Assembly (NCBI GenBank): GCA_044344255.1
Contig: JBIJDH010000020.1
Span: forward strand, 32,001 to 96,000
Length of the DNA: 64,000 bases
Source of the DNA: Myxococcota bacterium
Lineage (GTDB): Bacteria; Myxococcota_A; UBA796; UBA2385
Direction: 5' to 3'
The notes beneath the pieces were generated by a model. The model worked only from the letters and a program-made list of their open reading frames with translations, had not been told where the DNA came from and made no database searches. Shown piece after piece: positions 11,290 to 19,599 of the stretch. Position 1 is the first letter of the stretch. Every line of letters begins with the position of its first letter. A program made the position numbers and the translations under genes.

Positions 11290-12021
11290 GTGCCCGTCTA
11301 TCGCCTCTCCGCCTCGCATGTGTTCCCACATCCCCGCTACGCAGAGCCCGACGGGCTGCTGGCCGTGGGCGGAGACCTGCATCCGAGGCGCCTGCTCCTC
11401 GCGTATGCCAACGGGATCTTCCCCTGGTACTCGCGGCGGCAGCCGATCCTCTGGTTCTCGCCCGATCCTCGCTTCGTGCTCGATCCGGCGCGGCTGCACA
11501 TCCCCCGCAGCCTGAAGAAGATCATCCGCCGGGGAGACTACGAGCTCCGCCTCGACACCGCCTTCGCCGAGGTCATCCGCGCCTGCAAGGATGCCCAGCG
11601 CCCGAACCAGCCCGGCACCTGGATCACCGACGAGATGGAGCGCGCCTACAACTCGCTGCACGCCCTCGGCCACGCCCACTCCGCCGAGGCCTGGGATCGC
11701 GACGGCGTGCTCGTGGGCGGCCTCTACGGCGTGTCCCTCGGCGGCCTCTTCGCCGGAGAGAGCATGTTCGCACGCGCGCCCGACGCCTCCAAGGTGACCT
11801 TCGTCGGGCTGGCCCGCCAGCTTCAGGCCTGGGGCTACGGCCTCATCGACAGTCAGGTGCACACCGAGCACGTCGCCCGCTTCGGCGGAGAGCACATCCC
11901 CCGGGAAGACTACCTCGCGCGCCTCGCCGAGCTCCTCACCGCCCAGCCTCGCTCGCCGGGGCTGCCGGGCCAGCCCGCGTGCTGGACCTTTGACGCAGGC
12001 TTCGATCCGCTCGCAGGTTAA
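11290..12021 (+). CDS. aat: Leucyl/phenylalanyl-tRNA--protein transferase
   Basis: GLLAVGGDL..LLLAYANGIFPW..ILWFSPDPR, TWIT, GHAHSAEAW, GGLYGV..FAGESMF..DASK, LIDSQ. Confidence 0.96.
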   Translation: MPVYRLSASHVFPHPRYAEPDGLLAVGGDLHPRRLLLAYANGIFPWYSRRQPILWFSPDPRFVLDPARLHIPRSLKKIIRRGDYELRLDTAFAEVIRACKDAQRPNQPGTWITDEMERAYNSLHALGHAHSAEAWDRDGVLVGGLYGVSLGGLFAGESMFARAPDASKVTFVGLARQLQAWGYGLIDSQVHTEHVARFGGEHIPREDYLARLAELLTAQPRSPGLPGQPACWTFDAGFDPLAG

Positions 12022-12053
12022 GCTCCGCCCCCAGCCTCACACCGTACGCTCCG

Positions 12054-12530
12054 ATGCACACACCCCGCCTGCCCGCCCCCGCGCCCGCCCTGGTGGACTT
12101 CGACGTCCCCGTCTGGCGCGGCCTCGTGCCGGCGCGGCTGCGGCCCCAGCTCGAGGCGGTGATCGCCGCCACCCTGCGCACCGGGAACGGCGATGAAGGC
12201 GTCGTCGGTCGCCTGCGAGACCTCCACCTCTCCGAGATCGATCGCGCTCGCCTGACGCTGGCCTGGCGCCTGTGGCGAGGCTGGGGCTCGGCCCTCGAGG
12301 TCCAGCAGCTCTGGGGGATCGATCGGGAGCTGCTCATCGAGGTGCTCTCGGCGATCGCCCACGCCGCCCGCCCCGAAGACGCCGGCAGCCTGCTCCGCGA
12401 GGCGGCCAGCCGCGCCGACGCCCTCCGAGAGGCGGCTGAGCTCGCCGAGGTCTCCGAGGGGCCCCTACCGGTGCCGCGCGCCGAGCCCTCCACGGGCAGC
12501 TTCAGTCCGCGAGCCCGATCGAGCCGATGA
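12054..12530 (+). CDS. Hypothetical helical protein
   Basis: 158-aa ORF filling the gap after aat; plausible codon usage; 3' end overlaps the convergent gene by 29 nt. Confidence 0.5.
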   Translation: MHTPRLPAPAPALVDFDVPVWRGLVPARLRPQLEAVIAATLRTGNGDEGVVGRLRDLHLSEIDRARLTLAWRLWRGWGSALEVQQLWGIDRELLIEVLSAIAHAARPEDAGSLLREAASRADALREAAELAEVSEGPLPVPRAEPSTGSFSPRARSSR

Positions 12531-14277
12531 AGTAGGCCGCGCCGGCGTTGTCGGCGAGGTTGTCGTGCCCAGGAGCCCCGATCAGGAGGTCAGACAGGCC
12601 ATCGCCGTCGCTGTCCCCGAGGGCCGCCACCGACCAGCCGGCGTTGTCCCCGTCGACCTCGCCGATGAAGCCCGCCTGGGCGGTCTTGAGGTAGGCCGTG
12701 CCCTCCAGGGGGCCATGCATCAGGTAGGCCGCACCGGCGTTGAGGCCCCCCGAGTCTTCAATGTAAGCGCCCACGAGCACGTCGGGCTGGCCGTCGCCGT
12801 TGACGTCGCCGGGCGCGTCGACGGCGTTGCCGGCGTGATCCCACTCCGCCCGGCCGATGAGCACAGCCGCGGCCTCGGTCACGCTGTGCTCGCCGGTGAG
12901 CGGGCCGCGCATGAGGTAGGCCGCGCCCGCCCCCGTTCCACCGTCACCCTGGTCGGGGGCCCCGATGAGGAGGTCGTCATAGCCGTCGAGGTCGAGGTCG
13001 GGGGCGAGGCGGAGCGCCTGCCCGACGTGGTCGCCCTCGGCCTTGCCGGTGAGGATGGCGGCGGCCTCCGAGAGGGAGCGCTCCCCCACGACCGGCCCCT
13101 CGAAGACGTAGACCGCGCCGGCCCCGCTGGCCGAGCGGTCGCTCGAGTAGGCCGCCACCACGATGTCGTCGAGGCCATCGCCGTTGAGGTCTCCGCCGCC
13201 GTCGAGGCGCTGGGCGGCGTAGTCGGAGTCGAACTCCCCAGTGAGCTTGGCGGCGGCCGTGGAGAGGTTGATCGGGCCGGACAGCGGGCCGAGCAGGAGG
13301 TAGGCGCTGCCGGCGTTGATCGCGACGTCGCTGTCGTTCGGCGCGCCGACGAGGAGGTCGGGCTGGCCGTCGCCGTTGGTGTCGCCGGCGGCGGCGAGGC
13401 CGATGCCCGCCGCGTCTCCGGCGGTCTCCCCGTAGAGGATGGCGGTGGCGTGCTCCTCGCCGTAGTCCCCGCTCAAGGGCCCAGAGAGCAGGTAGATCGC
13501 CCCCGCGCCGTCGCCGGTGGTGTTCTCGCCGCGAGCGCCGATGGCGAGGTCGGCGTAACCGTCGAGGTCAAGGTCACCGGCGCCGGAGACCGAGTAGCCC
13601 GCGTCATCGCCGATGCTCTTGCCGAAGAAGGCCGCCTTGGCGGTGGTGGGGGTCAGCGCGACCAGCACCGGCCCCGAGAAGAGGTAGGCGACCCCGCCGG
13701 GCTCGACGCCGGGCGCCCCCACGAGCACGTCGGCGCGGCCGTCTCCGTCGAGGTCGCCCGGCCCGGCCACGCTGAAGCCGAGCTGGCCGTCGGCGTCGGC
13801 CCCGTCCATGCGGCCGTCGGCGCTGTCGAGCGGGCGGCAGGAGTTGGGGTCAGGGAGGTCGTCGCAGTCGTTGTCGATGCCGTCGCAGAGCTCCTCGGCC
13901 CCCGGCCAGGTGGCGGCGGAGGCGTCATTGCAGTCGTCGCCGTTCGGGACCGTGCCGGCCACGTTCGAACAGGCGTAGATCGGGGCGGAGCCGTCCCCGA
14001 AGCCGTCTTCGTCTTCGTCGGGGTACCACTCGGTGGCGACCCCCTCGTCCACCGCGCCGTCGCAGTCGTTGTCGACCGCGTCGCAGCTCTCGACGGCGTC
14101 GGGGTGGGTGCCCGGATCGAGGTCGTTACAGTCCTCCTCGGCGGAGAAGCCGTCCTGGTCTTCATCGATGACGACGGAGGACGACGCGCTCTTGCCACTC
14201 GAGGCCCCCTCGCAGCCGGAGAGCGCCAGCGAGAGCGCGACCGAGCAGAGGAGCAGGCGGAGGGCACTCGAGGGCAT
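12502..14277 (-). CDS. Lipoprotein with two Cys-rich putative metal-binding repeats and an FG-GAP (integrin-alpha-like) beta-propeller
   Basis: Lipobox ALSGC; DCNDLDPGTHPDAVESCDAVDNDCDG repeats; about seven G.S/A..GDxDGDG..D.L.GAP repeats. Confidence 0.9.
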   Translation of the reverse strand: MPSSALRLLLCSVALSLALSGCEGASSGKSASSSVVIDEDQDGFSAEEDCNDLDPGTHPDAVESCDAVDNDCDGAVDEGVATEWYPDEDEDGFGDGSAPIYACSNVAGTVPNGDDCNDASAATWPGAEELCDGIDNDCDDLPDPNSCRPLDSADGRMDGADADGQLGFSVAGPGDLDGDGRADVLVGAPGVEPGGVAYLFSGPVLVALTPTTAKAAFFGKSIGDDAGYSVSGAGDLDLDGYADLAIGARGENTTGDGAGAIYLLSGPLSGDYGEEHATAILYGETAGDAAGIGLAAAGDTNGDGQPDLLVGAPNDSDVAINAGSAYLLLGPLSGPINLSTAAAKLTGEFDSDYAAQRLDGGGDLNGDGLDDIVVAAYSSDRSASGAGAVYVFEGPVVGERSLSEAAAILTGKAEGDHVGQALRLAPDLDLDGYDDLLIGAPDQGDGGTGAGAAYLMRGPLTGEHSVTEAAAVLIGRAEWDHAGNAVDAPGDVNGDGQPDVLVGAYIEDSGGLNAGAAYLMHGPLEGTAYLKTAQAGFIGEVDGDNAGWSVAALGDSDGDGLSDLLIGAPGHDNLADNAGAAYFIGSIGLAD

Positions 14278-14320
14278 CGTCGTTCCAGGGAGAGGGAACA
14301 GTATACGTTAGGATGACCCG

Positions 14321-15667
14321 ATGGCGCTCCCCCCCGATCCCCTCTCCGAAGAGCACACCGACCCGCGGTCTCGGCGCTGGCGCGTGTTGCTGGTTCGCGT
14401 CGCCCCCGCCGCCTGGGACCGGTTCCATGAGTGGCTGCCCGGCCAGCGGAAGGTGGGCCGGGACGACCTGCCGCTCGTCGTGCGCGTCACCCGTGACCCC
14501 GCGGTCGCCGACTCCACCGCCGAGCGCCTCCGCGCGGCCGGCGGGGTCGTCGTCCTCGTCGAGGAGCCGAGCGAGGCCGCCACCAGCGCCTTCTGCCTCC
14601 AGCACCCCTCCCGCCTCGCGGCGCGGGCCTGTATCACCTGCGGTGCGCCCGTCTGCACAGACTGCCGCACGAGGTCCCACGGCGAAGAGCTCTGCTCCGC
14701 CTGCTTCGACCGCGGGCGAAGCCCTCGGAGGCGCGTTCGCCTGCGCCAGCTCTTCTCTGTCTTTCTGTTCGCGGTCTTCCTGTTCGAGGTCGCCCGTGTC
14801 TTCGCCGTCGACCGCGCCGCGACCGATCCCTTCGGCACCGTTCGTGTGGTCATCCTCCAGTTCGCGCCACCGGAGCTGCTCGACTCCCCCATCCTCCACC
14901 AGCTCAACGCGCTGCCAGGGCCCAACGTGTCCACCGCGTCGACCGCGTCGAAAGACCGGGTGGGCCGCTCTCTCCACGACATCGGCCCCTGGTTCAACGA
15001 AGAGCGCAGCCGATACGGCGGGGTGGACCGGTCGTATCTCCAGGTCACCATCAAGGGTCCCTGGGGCCGCCGGGCCGAGCCCCCCGCCCTGGCCCTGCCC
15101 GACGACCCCCTGTGGAAGATCGCGGCCCAGAGCTGGCGGTACGCGCGGTACTTCCCTGGGCTCGCCCTCGATCACGGCGTCGACCTCGACGACTACGCGG
15201 TCCACGTCTTCGTGCTCTACACCGACCGCCCCGGCGACGTGGCCTCGGAGTCCCGCGGCTCCCGCGAGGCCCGACTCGCCGTGCCCTACATCCCGCTCCA
15301 GGAGCAGAACCCCGGCTACGCCGTGGTGACCGTCGCCCACGAGCTCGCCCACACCCTCGGCGCGGTCGACCTCTACGATCCCGACAGCGCGCTGGCCGAG
15401 TTTCCCCGCGGCTTCATCGACCCCTGGCAGGCCCCTCTCTACCCCCAGCCCTACGCCGAGCTGTTGGCGGTCGATCGGCCGGTCGCCCCCGCCAGCGAGG
15501 TCGAGGTGGGCGGCCTCCACCAGGTCCGCGTCGGCTACGCGACCGCAGCCCACATGGGCTGGATCGGAGAGGAGCAGGCTGACCTCTACTACTCCCCCGC
15601 CTCCGTCTCGCCGCCTCGGTCTCCGACGCCGGCCGGCCCCGCCCTCCCGACCGAGCCCGCCCCCTGA
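14321..15667 (+). CDS. Membrane-anchored zinc metallopeptidase with an N-terminal B-box-like zinc finger
   Basis: CLQHP..ACITCGAPVCTDC..LCSAC; TM LFSVFLFAVFLFEVA; VAHELAHTLGAVD (HExxHxxGxxD). Confidence 0.75.
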   Translation: MALPPDPLSEEHTDPRSRRWRVLLVRVAPAAWDRFHEWLPGQRKVGRDDLPLVVRVTRDPAVADSTAERLRAAGGVVVLVEEPSEAATSAFCLQHPSRLAARACITCGAPVCTDCRTRSHGEELCSACFDRGRSPRRRVRLRQLFSVFLFAVFLFEVARVFAVDRAATDPFGTVRVVILQFAPPELLDSPILHQLNALPGPNVSTASTASKDRVGRSLHDIGPWFNEERSRYGGVDRSYLQVTIKGPWGRRAEPPALALPDDPLWKIAAQSWRYARYFPGLALDHGVDLDDYAVHVFVLYTDRPGDVASESRGSREARLAVPYIPLQEQNPGYAVVTVAHELAHTLGAVDLYDPDSALAEFPRGFIDPWQAPLYPQPYAELLAVDRPVAPASEVEVGGLHQVRVGYATAAHMGWIGEEQADLYYSPASVSPPRSPTPAGPALPTEPAP

Positions 15668-15691
15668 GGCCCAAGGCGACCGGAGCCCCCC

Positions 15692-16591
15692 ATCGGACCC
15701 CGCTTCACCCTCGATCAGCTCGTCGTGCTCGACGCCATCGAGCGTACAGGCTCCTTCGCCGGCGCCGCCCGTGAGCTCCGGCGGGTGCCCTCGGCGGTCA
15801 GCTACACCGTCCGAACCCTCGAAGAGGCGCTCGGGCTGCCCCTCTTCGACCGAGCCTCCCAGCGAGCCGCCCTCACCCCCGCCGGCCGCCGCCTGCTCGA
15901 GGCCTCGGCGGAGGTGCTGCGCCGCGCCGAAGGCCTCGGGCAGCTCGCCGGTTCGCTGGCCGGCGGCTGGGAGCCGGAGCTCCGGGTGGTCGTCGACGGC
16001 GCCCTGCCAATGGCGCCCTTGACCCGCGCCCTCCGCGGCCTCGTCGAGCGTAAGATCCCCACCCGCGTCCAGCTCGACGTGGAGTACCAGGACGGGGTGC
16101 TCGACCGCTTCGAGGCCGAGCGGGCCGACCTCATGCTCGCCCTCGGCCTCGAGGACGGCGGTCGCCTCCAGGGGGCCCCGCTCCCACCCCTGCCGATGGT
16201 GCTGGTGGTCGGCGCCGGCCACCCCCTCGCGGCGGCCCGAGCGCTCGGCCCCGACGCGCTGCAAGAGCACGTCGACCTCGTGGTCAAGGACTCATCCCCC
16301 CGCTTCAGCCAGGAGCCGCGCCGGGCCTTCCTCGGCAGCCGCCACGTCATCCGCCTCTCCGACTTCCACACCAAGGGCCAGTGTATCGAGGCCGGCGTCG
16401 GCTTCGGCTGGATGCCCGAGCACCTCGTCGCCGAGGCCCTCACCGCCGGGCGCCTCGTCGTGGTCGACCTCCCCGGCGGAAACCGCTGGACCTACCAGCC
16501 CCAGCTCGTGAGCCGCCGGGGAGAGGCCCCCGGCCGAGCGCGGGCCCTCTTCACCGCCCTGCTCTGCGGCGGGGAGCATCCCATCCCCTGA
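15692..16591 (+). CDS. LysR-family transcriptional regulator (start uncertain: ATC 15692 or GTG 15725)
   Basis: RFTLDQLVVLDAIERTGSFAGAARELRRVPSAVSYTVRTLEEALGLPLFDR HTH; C-terminal substrate-binding domain with GVGFGWMPEHLV. Confidence 0.9.
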   Translation: MGPRFTLDQLVVLDAIERTGSFAGAARELRRVPSAVSYTVRTLEEALGLPLFDRASQRAALTPAGRRLLEASAEVLRRAEGLGQLAGSLAGGWEPELRVVVDGALPMAPLTRALRGLVERKIPTRVQLDVEYQDGVLDRFEAERADLMLALGLEDGGRLQGAPLPPLPMVLVVGAGHPLAAARALGPDALQEHVDLVVKDSSPRFSQEPRRAFLGSRHVIRLSDFHTKGQCIEAGVGFGWMPEHLVAEALTAGRLVVVDLPGGNRWTYQPQLVSRRGEAPGRARALFTALLCGGEHPIP

Positions 16592-16594
16592 CCA

Positions 16595-16607
16595 TCAAAA
16601 TAGTTGA
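16595..16607. promoter_or_regulatory. Putative LysR-type T-N11-A dyad operator
   Basis: TCAA-AATAG-TTGA inverted repeat in an AT-rich patch right after the LysR gene and upstream of the 16680 lipoprotein. Confidence 0.5.
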
Positions 16608-16679
16608 CCATCATCAACGAAAGCCTCCGCTTTTCCTGATGGTGCCCCAGCGCTACGCTGTGGAGGACCCGGAGACCCC

Positions 16680-17699
16680 ATGCCCTCGACCGCCCCCCTC
16701 CCGCGATCCCCCCGCCTCGGCGCCTGGCTGCTGCCGCTCACGCTGCTCGTCGGGGCCTGCGGCTCTGACTTCGCCGTGGCCGGGGCCGGGAAGGACATGC
16801 CGGGGCGCGCCGAAGACACCGGCGCCGAGGGCGCGGACGGCGGGGGTGACGGTGGCGACGGCGGCGGCGAGACGGCCGACCCCGAGCCCACCGACAGCGG
16901 CGAGCCCGGCGGTGACACCGGCGACGGCACCCCCGACGACGACATCACACCCCCCGACGGCGACCCCGCCCCCGCCGACGACTGCACCGAGACCTCCGAC
17001 CTCATCTACGTGATCGAGCGCGACACGAAGGAGCTGATGCTCTTCGACCCCGCCGCGCAGGCCTTCACCACCCTCGGCAAGCTCACCTGCGGCGGCAGCG
17101 CCACGCCGGGCTCGATGGCGATCTCCCGCGACGGCCACGGCTTCGTGCGCTTCAGCGACAACCGCGTCTACGACGTCGACCTCGCCACGCTCGCCTGCAC
17201 CGAGACCGCCTACTCCGACCGCGACAGCGGCTTCGGCTCCTTCGGCATGGGCTACGCGACCAACGACAGCGAGACCTGGCGCGACACCCTCTACATCGCC
17301 AACGAGAGCCACCTCGCCACCCTCGACACCTCCACCTGGGCCGTCACCGACGTCGGGCGGATCCCGAGCCAGTCCGAGCTCAGCGGCAACGCCGCCGGCG
17401 AGCTCTGGGCCTTCCTCCCGCTCCAGACCCCCGCCCAGCTCGCCCGCCTCGACAAGACCACCGGAGAGGCCCTCGAGGTGATGCACCTCGACGCCTTCCC
17501 CGACGCGAGCGACCTCGACGCCTTCGCCTTCGCCACCTGGGGCGGACAGACCTACCTCTTCGTGCGGGTCTATGGCATGGGCGAGAGCACCGACGTCTAC
17601 GAGGTCAACGCCGCCGGCGACATGACCAAGATCCTCAATGACGTCGGCTTCGATGTGGTGGGGGCCGGCGTCTCCACCTGCGCCCCCACCGCGGCCTGA
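16680..17699 (+). CDS. Lipoprotein with Gly/Asp-rich linker and probable beta-propeller domain
   Basis: Lipobox LVGAC; D/G/T-rich linker; repeated beta-strand motifs; C-terminal VGAGVSTCAP. Confidence 0.75.
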   Translation: MPSTAPLPRSPRLGAWLLPLTLLVGACGSDFAVAGAGKDMPGRAEDTGAEGADGGGDGGDGGGETADPEPTDSGEPGGDTGDGTPDDDITPPDGDPAPADDCTETSDLIYVIERDTKELMLFDPAAQAFTTLGKLTCGGSATPGSMAISRDGHGFVRFSDNRVYDVDLATLACTETAYSDRDSGFGSFGMGYATNDSETWRDTLYIANESHLATLDTSTWAVTDVGRIPSQSELSGNAAGELWAFLPLQTPAQLARLDKTTGEALEVMHLDAFPDASDLDAFAFATWGGQTYLFVRVYGMGESTDVYEVNAAGDMTKILNDVGFDVVGAGVSTCAPTAA

Positions 17700-17732
17700 G
17701 CCCGCGGCCCGGTCGACCCGGTCAGCCCCCGC

Positions 17733-17777
17733 CCTGTCGCCGGTCCTGTCGCCGGTCCTGTCGCCGACCCTATCGCC
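17733..17777. repeat. 12-bp-period tandem repeat (CCTGTCGCCGGT-like, 4 units)
   Basis: CCTGTCGCC at 17733, 17745 and 17757; CCTATCGCC at 17769 contains the stop codon of the M2 peptidase. Confidence 0.85.
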
Positions 17778-19554
17778 CGCGCGCGTTCTCTTTCTTCAGC
17801 CAGGCGGTGAGCGGCGCATAATAGGCCACCATCGCGCGGGTGGAGAGGGGCTCGCCGGTGGCGTCGGAGATGACCTTCCGCCAGTCCTCGGTGGCCCCCT
17901 TCTCGAGGACGCCGCGGAGGAAGTCTCCCACGCGCTTGTCGCCGTAGTAGTTGCAGGAGTGCGGGTCTTCCCGGCGGATGTCCCGGCAGATGTGGTCGTG
18001 GAGCTGGTGCTTGACCACGGTGGCCACGGCGTAGTCGTAGTAGCCGGCCGGATCGTCGATGATGTGGGTCTTCGTGCAGGCGTCACAGGCGGTGGGGTCT
18101 GTCTTTCGGCCGGCGGGCGGCGTGATGCCCTGGTACTGCTCGACGAGCTCCCACCAGCGGGACTGCCACTGCTCGGGGGGGAGGTTCTTCTCGTAGAGCT
18201 CGGCCTCGAAGTGGGTCATCACCCCGGCTGACCAGGGGATGAAGACGACCGTGCGCTCGAGGGCGTCGGCGAGGAGGGCCTGCTGGGGATCGACCTTCTT
18301 CTTGGGGTCGAGGATGCCCACCTGCTGGAGATAGGGCACCTGCGCCGCCGCCAGGGTGATGAGCTCGCCCACCCCCTCGTGGAAGCCGCGGTTGGCCCCC
18401 TCGCGCAGCACCGGCGGGACCTCCTTTCGTGTGTAGGAGGTGTAATAGTAGATGTGGCCGAGCTCGTGGTGGCTCGTGAAGAACCACTCGCTGTTCGCCT
18501 CGACGCTCATCAGCGAGCGGATGTCGTGCTCGAGGTCCATATGCCAGGCGCTGGCGTGGGTGTTCTTCTTTCGAGGGTCCCCCGCGGGCACCGGATAGAG
18601 GTCACTCTTGTCCCAGAAGCTCTGCGGCAGCTTCGGGAAGCCGAGCGAGGTGTAGAAGGCCTCCGACTGCTGGACGACACGCTCCGGGGTCCAGGTGGCG
18701 AAGGCGGCGTCGAGGTCTGCCGCGGGCACCATCCCGCCCCACTCCTGGCCCCAGCGGTTCGGCAACCAAGAGGCGGGCAGCGGCCCCTTGGGCGGCGCGG
18801 TCTTGTACTTCGCGGCCAGCTTGCGGCCGGTCCAGATCTGCAGCTCTCGATAGAGCGGCGCCATATCGGTGACCAGGCCGTCGAGCAGGCCGAGCATCTC
18901 GGCGGTGCTCATCCCGTAGTCGGCCACCATCAGGTCAAAGTAGGAGGAGAAGCCCATCTCCCGGGCGATCTGGTTGCGCAGCGGCACGAGGGCGGCGAGC
19001 TCGGCCTTGAGCGGGCGACCGATCTCCTTGGAGGCCGTCCAGAGGCGCTCGCGCTCGGCGAGGTCTACGCTCTCGCGCAGCCCGCGGTCGATGTCGTTGA
19101 CGGTGACCGGGCTCGGGCAGCCGCCGTCGGCGGCGCGAGGGGCGGTGCAGAAGACGTAGCCGTTGAGCACGCTGGCGGCGTGGCTCTCGGCGGCGAGCCG
19201 GGCGCGCACCACGTCGGGGATCGAGCCCGGGCTATCGGCGGCGAGGAGGCGAATGGCCTCGAGCTGTTTGACCTGCAGCGGGCGGAGCTGGTCGCGCTGG
19301 GCGAGCAGCCGCAGGGTGGTGCGGATGACCTCGGGGTTGCCCTGGAAGGCGGCCTCGGCCTGCGCGGCGCCGGTGGAGAGGCCGTCGTTGTAGTCGCGCA
19401 CGTCGGTCGAGGAGGCCCAGGCCGCCTCCGCCGACACCGCGGCGACACCCTGGTACACCGAGTTGTAGAGGGTGAGGAAGGCCTCGGCCTCGTCAGCCGG
19501 GGCGGCGTGGGCGGGGCTGGACAGGAGGCGCAGGCAGAGGGCGAGGGTGAGCAT
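17770..19554 (-). CDS. Secreted M2-family metallopeptidase (ACE-like peptidyl-dipeptidase A)
   Basis: Signal peptide; HASAW, HHELGHIYY, LREGANRGFHEGVGE, KTHI..YYDY. Confidence 0.92.
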   Translation of the reverse strand: MLTLALCLRLLSSPAHAAPADEAEAFLTLYNSVYQGVAAVSAEAAWASSTDVRDYNDGLSTGAAQAEAAFQGNPEVIRTTLRLLAQRDQLRPLQVKQLEAIRLLAADSPGSIPDVVRARLAAESHAASVLNGYVFCTAPRAADGGCPSPVTVNDIDRGLRESVDLAERERLWTASKEIGRPLKAELAALVPLRNQIAREMGFSSYFDLMVADYGMSTAEMLGLLDGLVTDMAPLYRELQIWTGRKLAAKYKTAPPKGPLPASWLPNRWGQEWGGMVPAADLDAAFATWTPERVVQQSEAFYTSLGFPKLPQSFWDKSDLYPVPAGDPRKKNTHASAWHMDLEHDIRSLMSVEANSEWFFTSHHELGHIYYYTSYTRKEVPPVLREGANRGFHEGVGELITLAAAQVPYLQQVGILDPKKKVDPQQALLADALERTVVFIPWSAGVMTHFEAELYEKNLPPEQWQSRWWELVEQYQGITPPAGRKTDPTACDACTKTHIIDDPAGYYDYAVATVVKHQLHDHICRDIRREDPHSCNYYGDKRVGDFLRGVLEKGATEDWRKVISDATGEPLSTRAMVAYYAPLTAWLKKENARGR

Positions 19555-19599
19555 CTCCGAGCCTACTCCGCGCCGCGGCCGCGCGCCGCCCCGGGCGCC

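Noticed and set aside
15665..15667. In-frame TGA between the peptidase and LysR ORFs as possible selenocysteine or readthrough
   Set aside because: A fusion is topologically implausible (extracytoplasmic protease joined to a DNA-binding domain), and the codon is not at a Cys-equivalent position.
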